A stretch of DNA of 64,000 bases from Clostridia bacterium (lineage in GTDB: Bacteria > Bacillota > Clostridia > Christensenellales > UBA3700), in contig JAIEDA010000018.1 of NCBI GenBank assembly GCA_029068165.1, positions 3,076-67,075 of the forward strand, written 5' to 3'. The position numbers and the translations under genes are program-made. Shown here piece after piece: positions 25,752-34,388 of this stretch (position 1 is the first letter of the stretch; each line of letters begins with the position of its first letter). Below the pieces are notes generated by a model. It was given only the letters and a program-made list of their open reading frames with translations. It was not told where the DNA came from and searched no databases.

Positions 25752-27410
25752 TTATACCCAAATTATATTGCTTATAAGAGTACCGTTTACGCTTATAAAG
25801 GATAGCTTTTTGACGTTTTTCCAATCTTTTAGAGGGACTCTCTTGTCCGTCTTGAAATCGTTGTGCGAAAGCGATATTTTTTGCCACTCTTTGCCCTTGA
25901 CGTCGATTTCCGCGCGGTAGTATTCATAATTGAATAGGGCTACTTCAATGCACATCTCCACGTATAATTTTCGCGGGGTATCGTTGTAGCAGTCAAATTG
26001 AAAGATACTGTTTTCGCCGTGCTCGTAGATTATATCGCTTATACTGTACGTAGAGAGGTTGCCTTTTTCGGCTGTTACGCCCATAATATCAAAAGCTCCG
26101 TTACGAAGTTCGGGCATAAAGTATTCGCCGTTGTTGTTGTCGACTATCCAAGCGTCGAGTCCTTTCTTGCGTTCGTATACTATATGCGAGCGTTTGAGCG
26201 GTATTCTCTCCATATCTAAGTTTTCCAAATCGAACATTATTGGCAGGGAAGAATAGCTTTGATTGTCCTTGTAGACTACCGAAACGTACGCGAAAATACG
26301 CATATCCTCATTGCGCAGCGGTATTTCTACAGTAGGATTGGCAAGCGAGAGTACGCGCCTGTTCCAATGACGAAGTTCGCTGTTTTTCTCGTTGTACGCG
26401 AAAAACATAACTATGCGGTCGATTTCAAAAGAGTTGTCTATTTCGGCTTTTGCGTACAGCTTTCCTTCGTTTGTTTCGAAAGCCGCAGTCGGAGGCTTGG
26501 GTTTCGCCGTATCGTAGTATACGCTGTCAAGCCATACCGCCATCGCGTCTTTTGCTCTAACGTCCATAGTGTTGGACAGGTTTGCGCACAGACAGGCGAG
26601 GTTGTTGCCTTTGTTATGCGTCAAAGCAAAGGTTTTGTCGACCCTGTCCACACTCGTAAAAGTGGAATTAGTACCTGAAATATAAAGCACGGGGCAGGTC
26701 ACGAACTTAGCGTAAGCCTGCGGCGAGCAAGCGCTTATCCACTTGAGCTTCTTTTCCGAGAAGTTAAATTCGTCGGGACTTTCGTCAAACCTGAATAATC
26801 TCCTGCTTTCCGACCAACCCGCGTTGTCCGAGGCGATAATGCCGTCCACGCGTTTGTCCATTCCCGCTACTTGCCAAAGTATATTTCCGCCTTCTAGCGA
26901 GGATAACATATAAATTTTCTCGTCTTCGCCAAGAAAAGTTTTCAAGAAAGTTATTACGTGACGGCACAACTGGCTCCATACGTACGCGCAAGAATCTTTG
27001 GGAGAGTTTACAAAACTCTTCAAGTGCTTTTCGCTGCGAGCCAAATTAGCGTAATCGTATTCTTTAGGATATAAAGTATATTTTTTCTTGCCTTCGCGCT
27101 CGCCTTTATAGTCGAAACATATTATCGAATAGCCCTTAGGCAGGAAAGTGTCCGTAACGTGACTGCTTAAATCCGTCGTATAGCCGTCGATATAAATCAA
27201 GGAGGCGTTTTTAGCGTTACGCTTTGGAATTTTACCGCGGCAGTATATGAGAGCTGAGCTATCGTCCTCAAAATCACAGTTCAAATAAACTTCAAAATCA
27301 ACGACGCCGTTTTCCGAGGTATCGTATTTTATGAAATTCGATTTGAGTTTTACCGCATTTGCGTCGTAATTTGCCCAAAGTTGATTGGGCGACATCAAAT
27401 TGTTTTCCAT
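25752..27410 (-). CDS. hypothetical protein, N-terminal half alpha/beta-hydrolase-like, C-terminal beta-rich domain
   Basis: A long ORF that leads a six-gene minus-strand operon. ATG 27410 lies 7 nt after a consensus -10 box. No GxSxG motif was found; SSLEGG sits where a nucleophile elbow would be expected. Confidence 0.55.
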   Translation of the reverse strand: MENNLMSPNQLWANYDANAVKLKSNFIKYDTSENGVVDFEVYLNCDFEDDSSALIYCRGKIPKRNAKNASLIYIDGYTTDLSSHVTDTFLPKGYSIICFDYKGEREGKKKYTLYPKEYDYANLARSEKHLKSFVNSPKDSCAYVWSQLCRHVITFLKTFLGEDEKIYMLSSLEGGNILWQVAGMDKRVDGIIASDNAGWSESRRLFRFDESPDEFNFSEKKLKWISACSPQAYAKFVTCPVLYISGTNSTFTSVDRVDKTFALTHNKGNNLACLCANLSNTMDVRAKDAMAVWLDSVYYDTAKPKPPTAAFETNEGKLYAKAEIDNSFEIDRIVMFFAYNEKNSELRHWNRRVLSLANPTVEIPLRNEDMRIFAYVSVVYKDNQSYSSLPIMFDLENLDMERIPLKRSHIVYERKKGLDAWIVDNNNGEYFMPELRNGAFDIMGVTAEKGNLSTYSISDIIYEHGENSIFQFDCYNDTPRKLYVEMCIEVALFNYEYYRAEIDVKGKEWQKISLSHNDFKTDKRVPLKDWKNVKKLSFISVNGTLISNIIWV

Positions 27411-27417
27411 ATAAATT

Positions 27418-27446
27418 ATTATAATCAATATCTTTATAAATTGCAA
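27418..27446 (-). promoter_or_regulatory. consensus promoter abutting the start codon (candidate leaderless transcript)
   Basis: On the minus strand, TTGCAA (27446-27441), a 17-nt spacer, TATAAT (27423-27418), then AATTTAT and ATG (27410). Confidence 0.55.
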
Positions 27447-27540
27447 CTACAAGAATAAAATTCATAGAATTTATCAAACGCTGTCATAATAGCGTCGATT
27501 ATTCAATAAATTATACAAAAGGTTTTATTTAGGAGCGAGT

Positions 27541-28020
27541 ATGCAAGAAGAGTTTGAAATAATGCCCAACGAAGAGCAAATTGCAATGATGAACAAGGAA
27601 TTTAGCGAAAAGGGAGTAGGTACGCAAAAAAGCGCGTCGCATTTGTTTGAATATCCCATTCCAGTGTATACGATAGACGTATGCTCGAAGTTTTGCGGTT
27701 TTGCAAGCGCGGCGGTAAAGATAATATCTACGCTTGATACGGTTTTCGTAAGCCGCAATAAAAAGGCTATAGATTTTATAGCGACCTCTATCACAAAAAA
27801 CCGCATAGCCGTCGCCTCTATCGCCAATCTTACGCAAGAATTTGCAGCCAACGTAACGAGAATGCCTATCAAACAGTCTATGTACAAACTTCTTGAGCTG
27901 CATAATTCGATGAGCGTTATTCTCGGCGAATTATGCGTATACGTAAAGAGCGTTCAAATGCAGGAAATTGTCCAAAGACACACGCTGGCGGGATGCGTGC
28001 TGCACGGGCTGTGTATATAA
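27541..28020 (+). CDS. hypothetical cytoplasmic protein
   Basis: 159 aa. SD AGGAG lies 6 nt upstream and a strong terminator follows directly. No motif was recognised. Confidence 0.6.
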   Translation: MQEEFEIMPNEEQIAMMNKEFSEKGVGTQKSASHLFEYPIPVYTIDVCSKFCGFASAAVKIISTLDTVFVSRNKKAIDFIATSITKNRIAVASIANLTQEFAANVTRMPIKQSMYKLLELHNSMSVILGELCVYVKSVQMQEIVQRHTLAGCVLHGLCI

Positions 28021-28023
28021 AGA

Positions 28024-28058
28024 AAAATTCGCTGCGAGAAATCGCAGCGAATTTTTTT
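28024..28058. terminator. bidirectional intrinsic terminator
   Basis: AAAAATTCGCTGCGA-gaaa-TCGCAGCGAATTTTTTT between convergent genes. Confidence 0.85.
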
Positions 28059-28077
28059 ATTGCCGTCGATAGTATTA

Positions 28078-28332
28078 TTATACTTCGTCGGTGTGATGAC
28101 GGTCGTGCGCCATATCTTCAACAGCGTGAATACGCTTAGGACTAAACTTGTTGTAAATAAGATAAGCTATTAGCCATACGCCCGCGATACCGACTAGCGC
28201 GTATATAACTCTTGCGCCGACGTACGCGCTAGGCGTAAATATCCAGTTGATCACGTTGAAGTTGAAAATACCAACCGCCAACCAGTTCAATGCGCCAAGC
28301 GTTACCAAAATTAGTGCAATAATTGTAATCAT
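28078..28332 (-). CDS. DUF378-family small membrane protein
   Basis: LILVTLGALNWLAVGIFNFNVINWIF, two TM helices. SD AAGGAGAG. Confidence 0.85.
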   Translation of the reverse strand: MITIIALILVTLGALNWLAVGIFNFNVINWIFTPSAYVGARVIYALVGIAGVWLIAYLIYNKFSPKRIHAVEDMAHDRHHTDEV

Positions 28333-28586
28333 AGTCTCTCCTTTTTTAGTTTATGTACGTTTCAAAATTAAATAGTTCCGCTATTAGCGTTTTATTCGTT
28401 TACTTAGGCGGAGAAATATCCTTTGACGTTTTTATTGTGCTCAACGTTACGATAAGAATTACTGCGAGGCAAAATTACCGTATCCGTTGAGTTCTTATAT
28501 ATTGTATATTTTTTATAAAGTTTTATTCACGTGTTGCGCTCGGCGCTAAAATGGTGTAGAATTGTAGTAGCGAAAAAGAGGTGCGT

Positions 28587-29351
28587 ATGGCAAAACGGTC
28601 TAAGAAAAAAAATCCCAATATACTCACTAAGCGGCAAAAAGAGGACGTTCTTTTCAACCAAAATCTCGACGCCCAAAAAAAAGTATGGGATATTCGTCTA
28701 AACGTAACGATGGGAATAGTTATTGCTGTATTCTTGCTTGCGTTTTTGATTTTGCCCGCGTTGAATATGAACTTTACGACTATGCTCAGCGAGCTGTCTT
28801 CCGAAGTGAGCTCCGACGAAGATATGGAATTTGCGGTGACTATCGATATGTCGTTGCTATCTTTCCTTACCGCAGGCGCAGGCGGTTACAAAGACGCTGT
28901 CGAATATCTTGCCGACCATACGGGCACGGGAATGGACAAGTCGATAACTTATCCGATTTTTATGAAAAAAATGACCGCGCAAGACGTAGAGATGCTCAAC
29001 TCGGCGTACGTAACGCTATTGATATTGGCGATTGTAATGATAGTTTGCTGGATATTGCTGTTTTCGGCGGTATGCTCGAATAGAAAAAAGAACGGCGACG
29101 GGAAGTTTTTGTTTTTAAGCGTAGCAGTATTTGCCGCGCTTTGCATAGCGCAGTGGCTGATTTTCTTAGCGGTGGGCATCGCTTCCGTTTCTAAAGGTCA
29201 AATACAGCCGCACATAGCAAGCTATTTGATTTTGGGTTGCGGTATAAGCGTAGCGGCGGTCTACGGTACGTATAGAGCAAAAGTCAAGAAACTGAACCGT
29301 CAAAGAAGAGAAGTACCGACCGAAACCGACTTAGATAGGGAAAAAGGATAA
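28587..29351 (+). CDS. hypothetical membrane protein (4 predicted TM segments)
   Basis: ATG 28587 with AAGAGG upstream (GTG 28581 also possible). Basic N-terminus, one TM segment, a soluble segment, then three TM segments. Confidence 0.65.
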   Translation: MAKRSKKKNPNILTKRQKEDVLFNQNLDAQKKVWDIRLNVTMGIVIAVFLLAFLILPALNMNFTTMLSELSSEVSSDEDMEFAVTIDMSLLSFLTAGAGGYKDAVEYLADHTGTGMDKSITYPIFMKKMTAQDVEMLNSAYVTLLILAIVMIVCWILLFSAVCSNRKKNGDGKFLFLSVAVFAALCIAQWLIFLAVGIASVSKGQIQPHIASYLILGCGISVAAVYGTYRAKVKKLNRQRREVPTETDLDREKG

Positions 29352-29355
29352 GGCT

Positions 29356-30174
29356 ATGGAATGTCCTAATTGCAAACACGATAATAAAGAGGGCGCTACC
29401 TTTTGCGAGCGCTGCGGGGCGCAACTTGAAAGCGAAAAAAAGAGGCTGTCTTTTTTCGAACGCCGACAGGCTAAGGAAAGAGAAAGGCAGTATATTATCT
29501 CCAAAGCCAGCCTGCAAGAAGAGGACGTCAAGGATATCCGCGATATGGATATGGGCGAGGTCGAAGCGGTCGTCAAAGGCGATAAGAGGACTGTCAAAAG
29601 AGATACTACTATTCGTTTCTCGCTGTCAATAGTCGGCGTAATTATCGCCGTCGCTTTGATTTATATAGTCGGAAGAGCGCAATTCAACGATACTGCGCGA
29701 GTAACCGTCATTTTAGCGCTGTTTTTACTTTGTTTTACTGCGGCCGCGTTCGCCATTGATTACGGATATAGACTTAGAATGATAAACGCTATGTGCAAAA
29801 GCTCCTTCGCTGTGAAAAAGATAAGTTACGGCAAGCCGCCGGTTATGCTCTTAAGCGACAAGTTCTATGAGTTGAAGATAAAAACCAAGTGCGATCTATG
29901 CGGCGCTCAAATGCATATAGAAGAATACAACGGGGAATTTATTGCCGTTTGCAACGCCGATAGGGCTCACCTGCGCAGGCTTGACGCCGCCGCTCTCAAC
30001 GTCAAAAACAGCGAGGGAAAGGTACAAGCAAATACGGACGTCGACGCGCAAGCCGACGAAACGAAAATAGAGGAAATAAAAGACGGCGAAGCGAAGTTCG
30101 AGCAAGTAGACGAGAAGCCGGAGGAGAGCGAAAATACCTCATCTTCCCAAGAGTCGGAAAGAGACGCGCAATAG
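29356..30174 (+). CDS. zinc-ribbon membrane protein
   Basis: N-terminal CPNCKHDNKEGATFCERCG zinc ribbon and two TM helices. A second Cys pair, CDLCGAQMH...CNADRAH, follows, then an acidic tail. It starts 4 nt after the previous gene. Confidence 0.7.
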   Translation: MECPNCKHDNKEGATFCERCGAQLESEKKRLSFFERRQAKERERQYIISKASLQEEDVKDIRDMDMGEVEAVVKGDKRTVKRDTTIRFSLSIVGVIIAVALIYIVGRAQFNDTARVTVILALFLLCFTAAAFAIDYGYRLRMINAMCKSSFAVKKISYGKPPVMLLSDKFYELKIKTKCDLCGAQMHIEEYNGEFIAVCNADRAHLRRLDAAALNVKNSEGKVQANTDVDAQADETKIEEIKDGEAKFEQVDEKPEESENTSSSQESERDAQ

Positions 30175-30222
30175 AAAGCGTCGAGTAATTAGTTTAATTC
30201 TTAACAAATGAGTTTATAATTC

Positions 30223-30252
30223 TTTACAAAAAACTACGCGCGGTGATATAAT
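30223..30252 (+). promoter_or_regulatory. pgk operon promoter
   Basis: TTTACA (30223-30228), an 18-nt spacer ending in TGa, then TATAAT (30247-30252). Confidence 0.55.
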
Positions 30253-30294
30253 ACAAGCGTAAATAAATTATATTAAATATTTAAGGAGTTTAAT

Positions 30295-31611
30295 ATGAAC
30301 AAGAAGTCAATCAAAGACGTAAACGTAAAGGGCAAGAAATGTCTCGTTAGAGTGGATTTCAACGTGCCGATGAAAGACGGCGTAATCACGGACGAAAACC
30401 GTATCCAAGGCGCATTGCCTACGATTAAGTATCTTATGGAGCAAGGCGCAAAGGTTATACTTTGTTCTCACATGGGCAAGCCGCACAGCATTTTCAGCGA
30501 AAAGGTTGGCTTGACAAAGAAAGAAAAGAAAGCTATCGCGGCTCTTCCGGAAAGCGAGCAAAAAGCGGCTACCGACGAGGCTATCGCAAAGGCTTTAAAG
30601 AACGATCCCGTTAAGTTGACGCTCAAACCCGTAGCCGACAGGCTTAATCAGCTTTTGGGCGGAAAGGTTGCTTTTGCATCCGACGTTATAGGAAAAGACG
30701 CTAAGGCTAAAGTTGCCGCTCTTAAAGACGGCGAGTGCGTATTGCTCGAGAATTTGCGTTTCCACGCCGAAGAAGAGGGCAGGGACGAAGCTTTTTGTAA
30801 GGCGCTCAGCGAGTACGCCGACGTATACGTAAACGACGCGTTCGGCACGGCTCATAGAAGCCACGCTTCGACGGCAGGTATCGTAGAGTACGGTTTTGTA
30901 AAAGACGCGGTTTGCGGCTTCTTGATTGAAAAGGAATTGAGCGTTATGGCGGACAGCCTCGAGCATCCCGTTCGTCCGTTCGTAGCGGTACTAGGCGGAG
31001 CAAAGGTTGCGGATAAGCTCAAAGTTATTGACAACTTGCTCAACAAGTGCGATACGCTTATAATCGGCGGCGGTATGTCGTACACGTTCTCCAAGGCTCA
31101 AGGCTACGAAGTAGGCACTTCCTTGGTCGACGACGAAAAACTCGATTACTGTAGAGAAATGCTTGCAAAAGCAAAGACTTTGGGCAAGAAAATACTTCTT
31201 CCCGTAGACGCGGTAACGGCTAAGGAATTCCCCAATCCGATAGACGCTAAGATTGACGTAATAACGTATCCTATCGACAAAATCCCCGCTGATAGAATGG
31301 GACTTGACATCGGCGAGAAGTCGAGAGAGCTTTTCGCTAACGCCGTGAAGTCGGCAAAGACGGTTATTTGGAACGGACCAATGGGCGTTTTTGAAAATCC
31401 GATACTTGCAAACGGAACGGTAGCGGTTGCTAAGGCGATGGCTGAAGCAAGCGGAGCTACTACGATAATCGGCGGCGGCGACAGCGCGGCTGCGGTTGCG
31501 CAACTCGGTTTTGCCGACAAGATGACGCATATCTCCACGGGCGGCGGCGCTTCGCTCGAGCTCTTTGAGGGCAAGATTTTGCCGGGTATCGCTTGTCTTA
31601 ACGATAAATAA
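30295..31611 (+). CDS. pgk: phosphoglycerate kinase (with an internal insertion of about 40 aa)
   Basis: [25 protein letters not shown] and STGGGASLE. It is 438 aa, versus about 395 for typical bacterial PGK. Confidence 0.95.
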   Translation: MNKKSIKDVNVKGKKCLVRVDFNVPMKDGVITDENRIQGALPTIKYLMEQGAKVILCSHMGKPHSIFSEKVGLTKKEKKAIAALPESEQKAATDEAIAKALKNDPVKLTLKPVADRLNQLLGGKVAFASDVIGKDAKAKVAALKDGECVLLENLRFHAEEEGRDEAFCKALSEYADVYVNDAFGTAHRSHASTAGIVEYGFVKDAVCGFLIEKELSVMADSLEHPVRPFVAVLGGAKVADKLKVIDNLLNKCDTLIIGGGMSYTFSKAQGYEVGTSLVDDEKLDYCREMLAKAKTLGKKILLPVDAVTAKEFPNPIDAKIDVITYPIDKIPADRMGLDIGEKSRELFANAVKSAKTVIWNGPMGVFENPILANGTVAVAKAMAEASGATTIIGGGDSAAAVAQLGFADKMTHISTGGGASLELFEGKILPGIACLNDK

Positions 31612-31638
31612 AAAATAAATTTTGGTAGAGGTATAAAA

Positions 31639-32388
31639 ATGAGACAACCTATAATTGCAGGAAACTGGAAAATGAACAATACTATCGCGGGCACGAAAGC
31701 TCTTTTGACCGAGCTTATTCCGCTCGTAAAGGACGCAAAGGCTGAAGTCGTAGTTTGCGTTCCTTATACAAACATCGCGGCTGCTGGCGAACTTATCAAA
31801 GGCACGAATATCAAGCTCGGCGCTGAAAACGTACACTGGGCTGAAAAAGGCGCATTCACGGGCGAAATCAGCGCGGATATGCTCGTAGAGCTTGGCGTTG
31901 AGTACGTAATTATCGGACACAGCGAACGTAGACAGTACTTCGGCGAAACCGACCAAACCGTAAACGCTAGAGTAAAAGCCGCTCTTGCTAAGGGTCTTAA
32001 GCCTATTATTTGCGTGGGCGAAACTCTTGACGAAAGAGAGAACGGTTCAGTCGAGGAAGTGCTCGTAAGACAAACCACCGAGGCATTCAAGGACGTTGAC
32101 AAAGATCAGTTGGAGAATATCGTCATCGCTTACGAACCCGTTTGGGCAATCGGCACGGGCAAGACCGCTACCGCTCAGGACGCTAACGATACTATCGCTA
32201 TTATTAGAAACACTATGGCAAAACTCTATTGCCCCAAGTGCGCTCAAGAAAAGGTTAGAATACAGTACGGCGGCAGTATGAACCCCAAGAACGCTTCCGA
32301 GCTTATGGCTATGGAGCAAATCGACGGCGGACTTATCGGCGGAGCTTCGCTTAAAGCCGTAGACTTCTCGCAAGTCGTAAAATATTGA
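31639..32388 (+). CDS. tpiA: triose-phosphate isomerase
   Basis: IAGNWKMN, IIGHSERR, AYEPVWAIGTG and GGASL. Confidence 0.95.
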   Translation: MRQPIIAGNWKMNNTIAGTKALLTELIPLVKDAKAEVVVCVPYTNIAAAGELIKGTNIKLGAENVHWAEKGAFTGEISADMLVELGVEYVIIGHSERRQYFGETDQTVNARVKAALAKGLKPIICVGETLDERENGSVEEVLVRQTTEAFKDVDKDQLENIVIAYEPVWAIGTGKTATAQDANDTIAIIRNTMAKLYCPKCAQEKVRIQYGGSMNPKNASELMAMEQIDGGLIGGASLKAVDFSQVVKY

Positions 32389-32537
32389 TAGGCATACGAA
32401 AAGCACGACGAAAAGTAAATAGGTAAAATTATCTATTTGCTATGGAAATAAAAACCGTAACGCGACAAAGAAGAGAGAAAGAAATTTTTCTCTTCTTTCA
32501 ACGCGAGCGGCGGCAAAAGTTTAGATAGAGGTAAAGT

Positions 32538-34073
32538 ATGAAATTTACAGGTTTGATAATAATGGACGGATACGGGATAAACGAGTTTGGCGAAAACAAC
32601 GCTATATCCCAGTCGACTTCTCCCGAAGTTCTTAAGATTTTGAAAGAGTATCCGAATACGCAGCTTAGCGCCAGCGGTTTGGCGGTAGGTTTGCCCGAGG
32701 GACAAATGGGCAACAGCGAAGTAGGACATCTCAATATCGGCGCGGGAAGAGTAATTTTCCAAGACTTGCCGAAGATTACCAAGGCTATTCAAGACGGCGA
32801 TTTTTATACCAACAAAGCGCTCCTAAACGCTATGCAAAACGCAAAGAAGAAGGGAAGTCTACACGTAATGGGTCTTGTATCCGACGGCGGAGTACACTCG
32901 CACCTATCGCACTTATTTGCTACGGTAAAAATGGCGAAAGAAGTCGGCGTAAAACAAACGTATATCCACTGCTTTATGGACGGAAGAGACGTGTCGCCGA
33001 CGAGCGGCAAGAGCTTCGTTGAGCAAGTGTCTAATTACTTAAAAGACTTAGGCTACGGCAAAATCGCTACGATAAGCGGAAGATTTTACGCAATGGACAG
33101 GGATAATATTTGGGAAAGAGTTTCCAAGGCTTATAGCGCGCTTGTCGACGGCGAGGGCGTTAAGGAAGTTAATCCCGTCGAAGCTATGCAAAACAGCTAC
33201 GACAAAGGCGTTACGGACGAATTTATGCTCCCAACCGTTATTTGCGAAAATGGCAAACCAGTCGCTACTATCAAAAAAGGCGACAGCGTAATCTTCTTCA
33301 ACTACCGCCCCGACAGAGCTAGACAAATTACGAGAAGCTTTATCTTTGAGGACTTTACCGGCTTTGAGAGAAAGAAAGGATTTTTAGCTCCGGTATTCGT
33401 GTCGTTTACGACCTACGACGCAACTTTTGAGGGAAAACTTGAAGTAGCTTTCAAGAAAGAGCAGTATAAAAACACTCTTGGAGAATATCTTGCAAGCAAG
33501 GGCATTAAGCAGTTTAGAATTGCCGAAACGCAAAAATACGCGCACGTTACGTTCTTCTTCAACGGCGGCGTGGAAGCTCCGAATAAGGACGAGGATAGAA
33601 TACTTATCGATTCTCCTAAGATCGCGACTTTTGATATGAAACCCGAGATGAGCGCTTACGAAGTATGCGATAAAGCGTGCGAAGTAATTAAAAGCGGCAA
33701 GTACGGCGTTATGATTTTGAATTTCGCCAACTGCGATATGGTAGGTCATACCGGAGTAATGAGCGCGGCGCAAAAGGCAGTGAAAGTAACCGACGAGTGC
33801 GTTCGCAAAGTGCTTGACGCAATACTGGAAGTCGGCGGACAGGCGCTGCTTACGGCTGACCACGGCAACTGCGACTATATGTTCGATCCTGTGACCAAAG
33901 CTCCGTTTACGGCTCACACGACCAACCCCGTGCCGTTTGCAGTAATAGGCGCTGACGGCGTAAAGGCTTTGGCTGGCGGCGGGAAGCTTTGCGACATCGC
34001 TCCGACTATGCTCGATATTATGGGAATAGAAATACCTAAAGAAATGACGGGCAAGAGCCTTATCGTTAGGTAG
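32538..34073 (+). CDS. gpmI: 2,3-bisphosphoglycerate-independent phosphoglycerate mutase
   Basis: IIMDGYG, MGNSEVGHLNIGAGR, DGGVHSH and TADHGN. Confidence 0.95.
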   Translation: MKFTGLIIMDGYGINEFGENNAISQSTSPEVLKILKEYPNTQLSASGLAVGLPEGQMGNSEVGHLNIGAGRVIFQDLPKITKAIQDGDFYTNKALLNAMQNAKKKGSLHVMGLVSDGGVHSHLSHLFATVKMAKEVGVKQTYIHCFMDGRDVSPTSGKSFVEQVSNYLKDLGYGKIATISGRFYAMDRDNIWERVSKAYSALVDGEGVKEVNPVEAMQNSYDKGVTDEFMLPTVICENGKPVATIKKGDSVIFFNYRPDRARQITRSFIFEDFTGFERKKGFLAPVFVSFTTYDATFEGKLEVAFKKEQYKNTLGEYLASKGIKQFRIAETQKYAHVTFFFNGGVEAPNKDEDRILIDSPKIATFDMKPEMSAYEVCDKACEVIKSGKYGVMILNFANCDMVGHTGVMSAAQKAVKVTDECVRKVLDAILEVGGQALLTADHGNCDYMFDPVTKAPFTAHTTNPVPFAVIGADGVKALAGGGKLCDIAPTMLDIMGIEIPKEMTGKSLIVR

Positions 34074-34113
34074 GATCGAGTTTATTTGGAAATATAAGAC
34101 GTCATAATTTCTT

Positions 34114-34146
34114 AGCGGAACGCAGTTGCGTTCCGCTATATTTTTA
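34114..34146 (+). terminator. intrinsic terminator after gpmI (copy 1 of a duplicated hairpin)
   Basis: AGCGGAACGC-agtt-GCGTTCCGCT followed by ATATTTTTAT. The same stem recurs at 35880-35903. Confidence 0.8.
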
Positions 34147-34238
34147 TACGGGCAACTACGTTCCTAAATAGGTGAAAGATAATAATAGATAATACGAGGG
34201 AGCAATTTTCTACAAAATAATATTAAGGCAAAAAATAA

Positions 34239-34267
34239 TTGACATAGAAGGAAAATAATAGTATATT
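34239..34267 (+). promoter_or_regulatory. promoter of the queuosine-salvage cassette
   Basis: TTGACA (34239-34244), a 17-nt spacer, then TATATT (34262-34267). The candidate riboswitch starts about 8 nt later. Confidence 0.55.
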
Positions 34268-34274
34268 TGACAGT

Positions 34275-34334
34275 AGGCAGTTCGTAACCATCCTGCCTTG
34301 CGGTAAATTATCGCAAAATCAAAACTAAGGAGAG
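34275..34334 (+). promoter_or_regulatory. candidate preQ1 riboswitch aptamer (preQ1-I-like, with an inserted hairpin)
   Basis: P1 is GGCAG/CTGCC with a 12-nt loop, UUCGUAACCAUC (compare UUC...UAC in Bacillus and UCG..UAAC in Thermoanaerobacter aptamers). The A-rich tail is CAAAACUAAGGAG. An extra hairpin, TTGCG-gtaaattat-CGCAA (34298-34316), separates P1 from the tail. A yhhQ context lies downstream. Confidence 0.45.
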
Positions 34335-34365
34335 AATATAAGCATAGGCAAACTATGCGTATTTT

Positions 34366-34388
34366 GCGTCCTTAGGGGCGCTTTTTTT
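34366..34388 (+). terminator. expression-platform terminator/SD sequestrator
   Basis: GCGTCC-ttag-GGGCGC followed by T7, abutting ATG 34389. The segment TCCTTAG (34369-34375) is complementary to CTAAGGA (34325-34331) in the aptamer tail, giving an alternative antiterminator pairing. Confidence 0.5.

Noticed and set aside
27444-27446. TTG start of the 564-aa version of ORF 25752-27446
   Set aside because: The TTG is the first half of a consensus -35 hexamer, has no SD, and would add an implausible IIIIY-type peptide. ATG 27410 (or 27395) is preferred.
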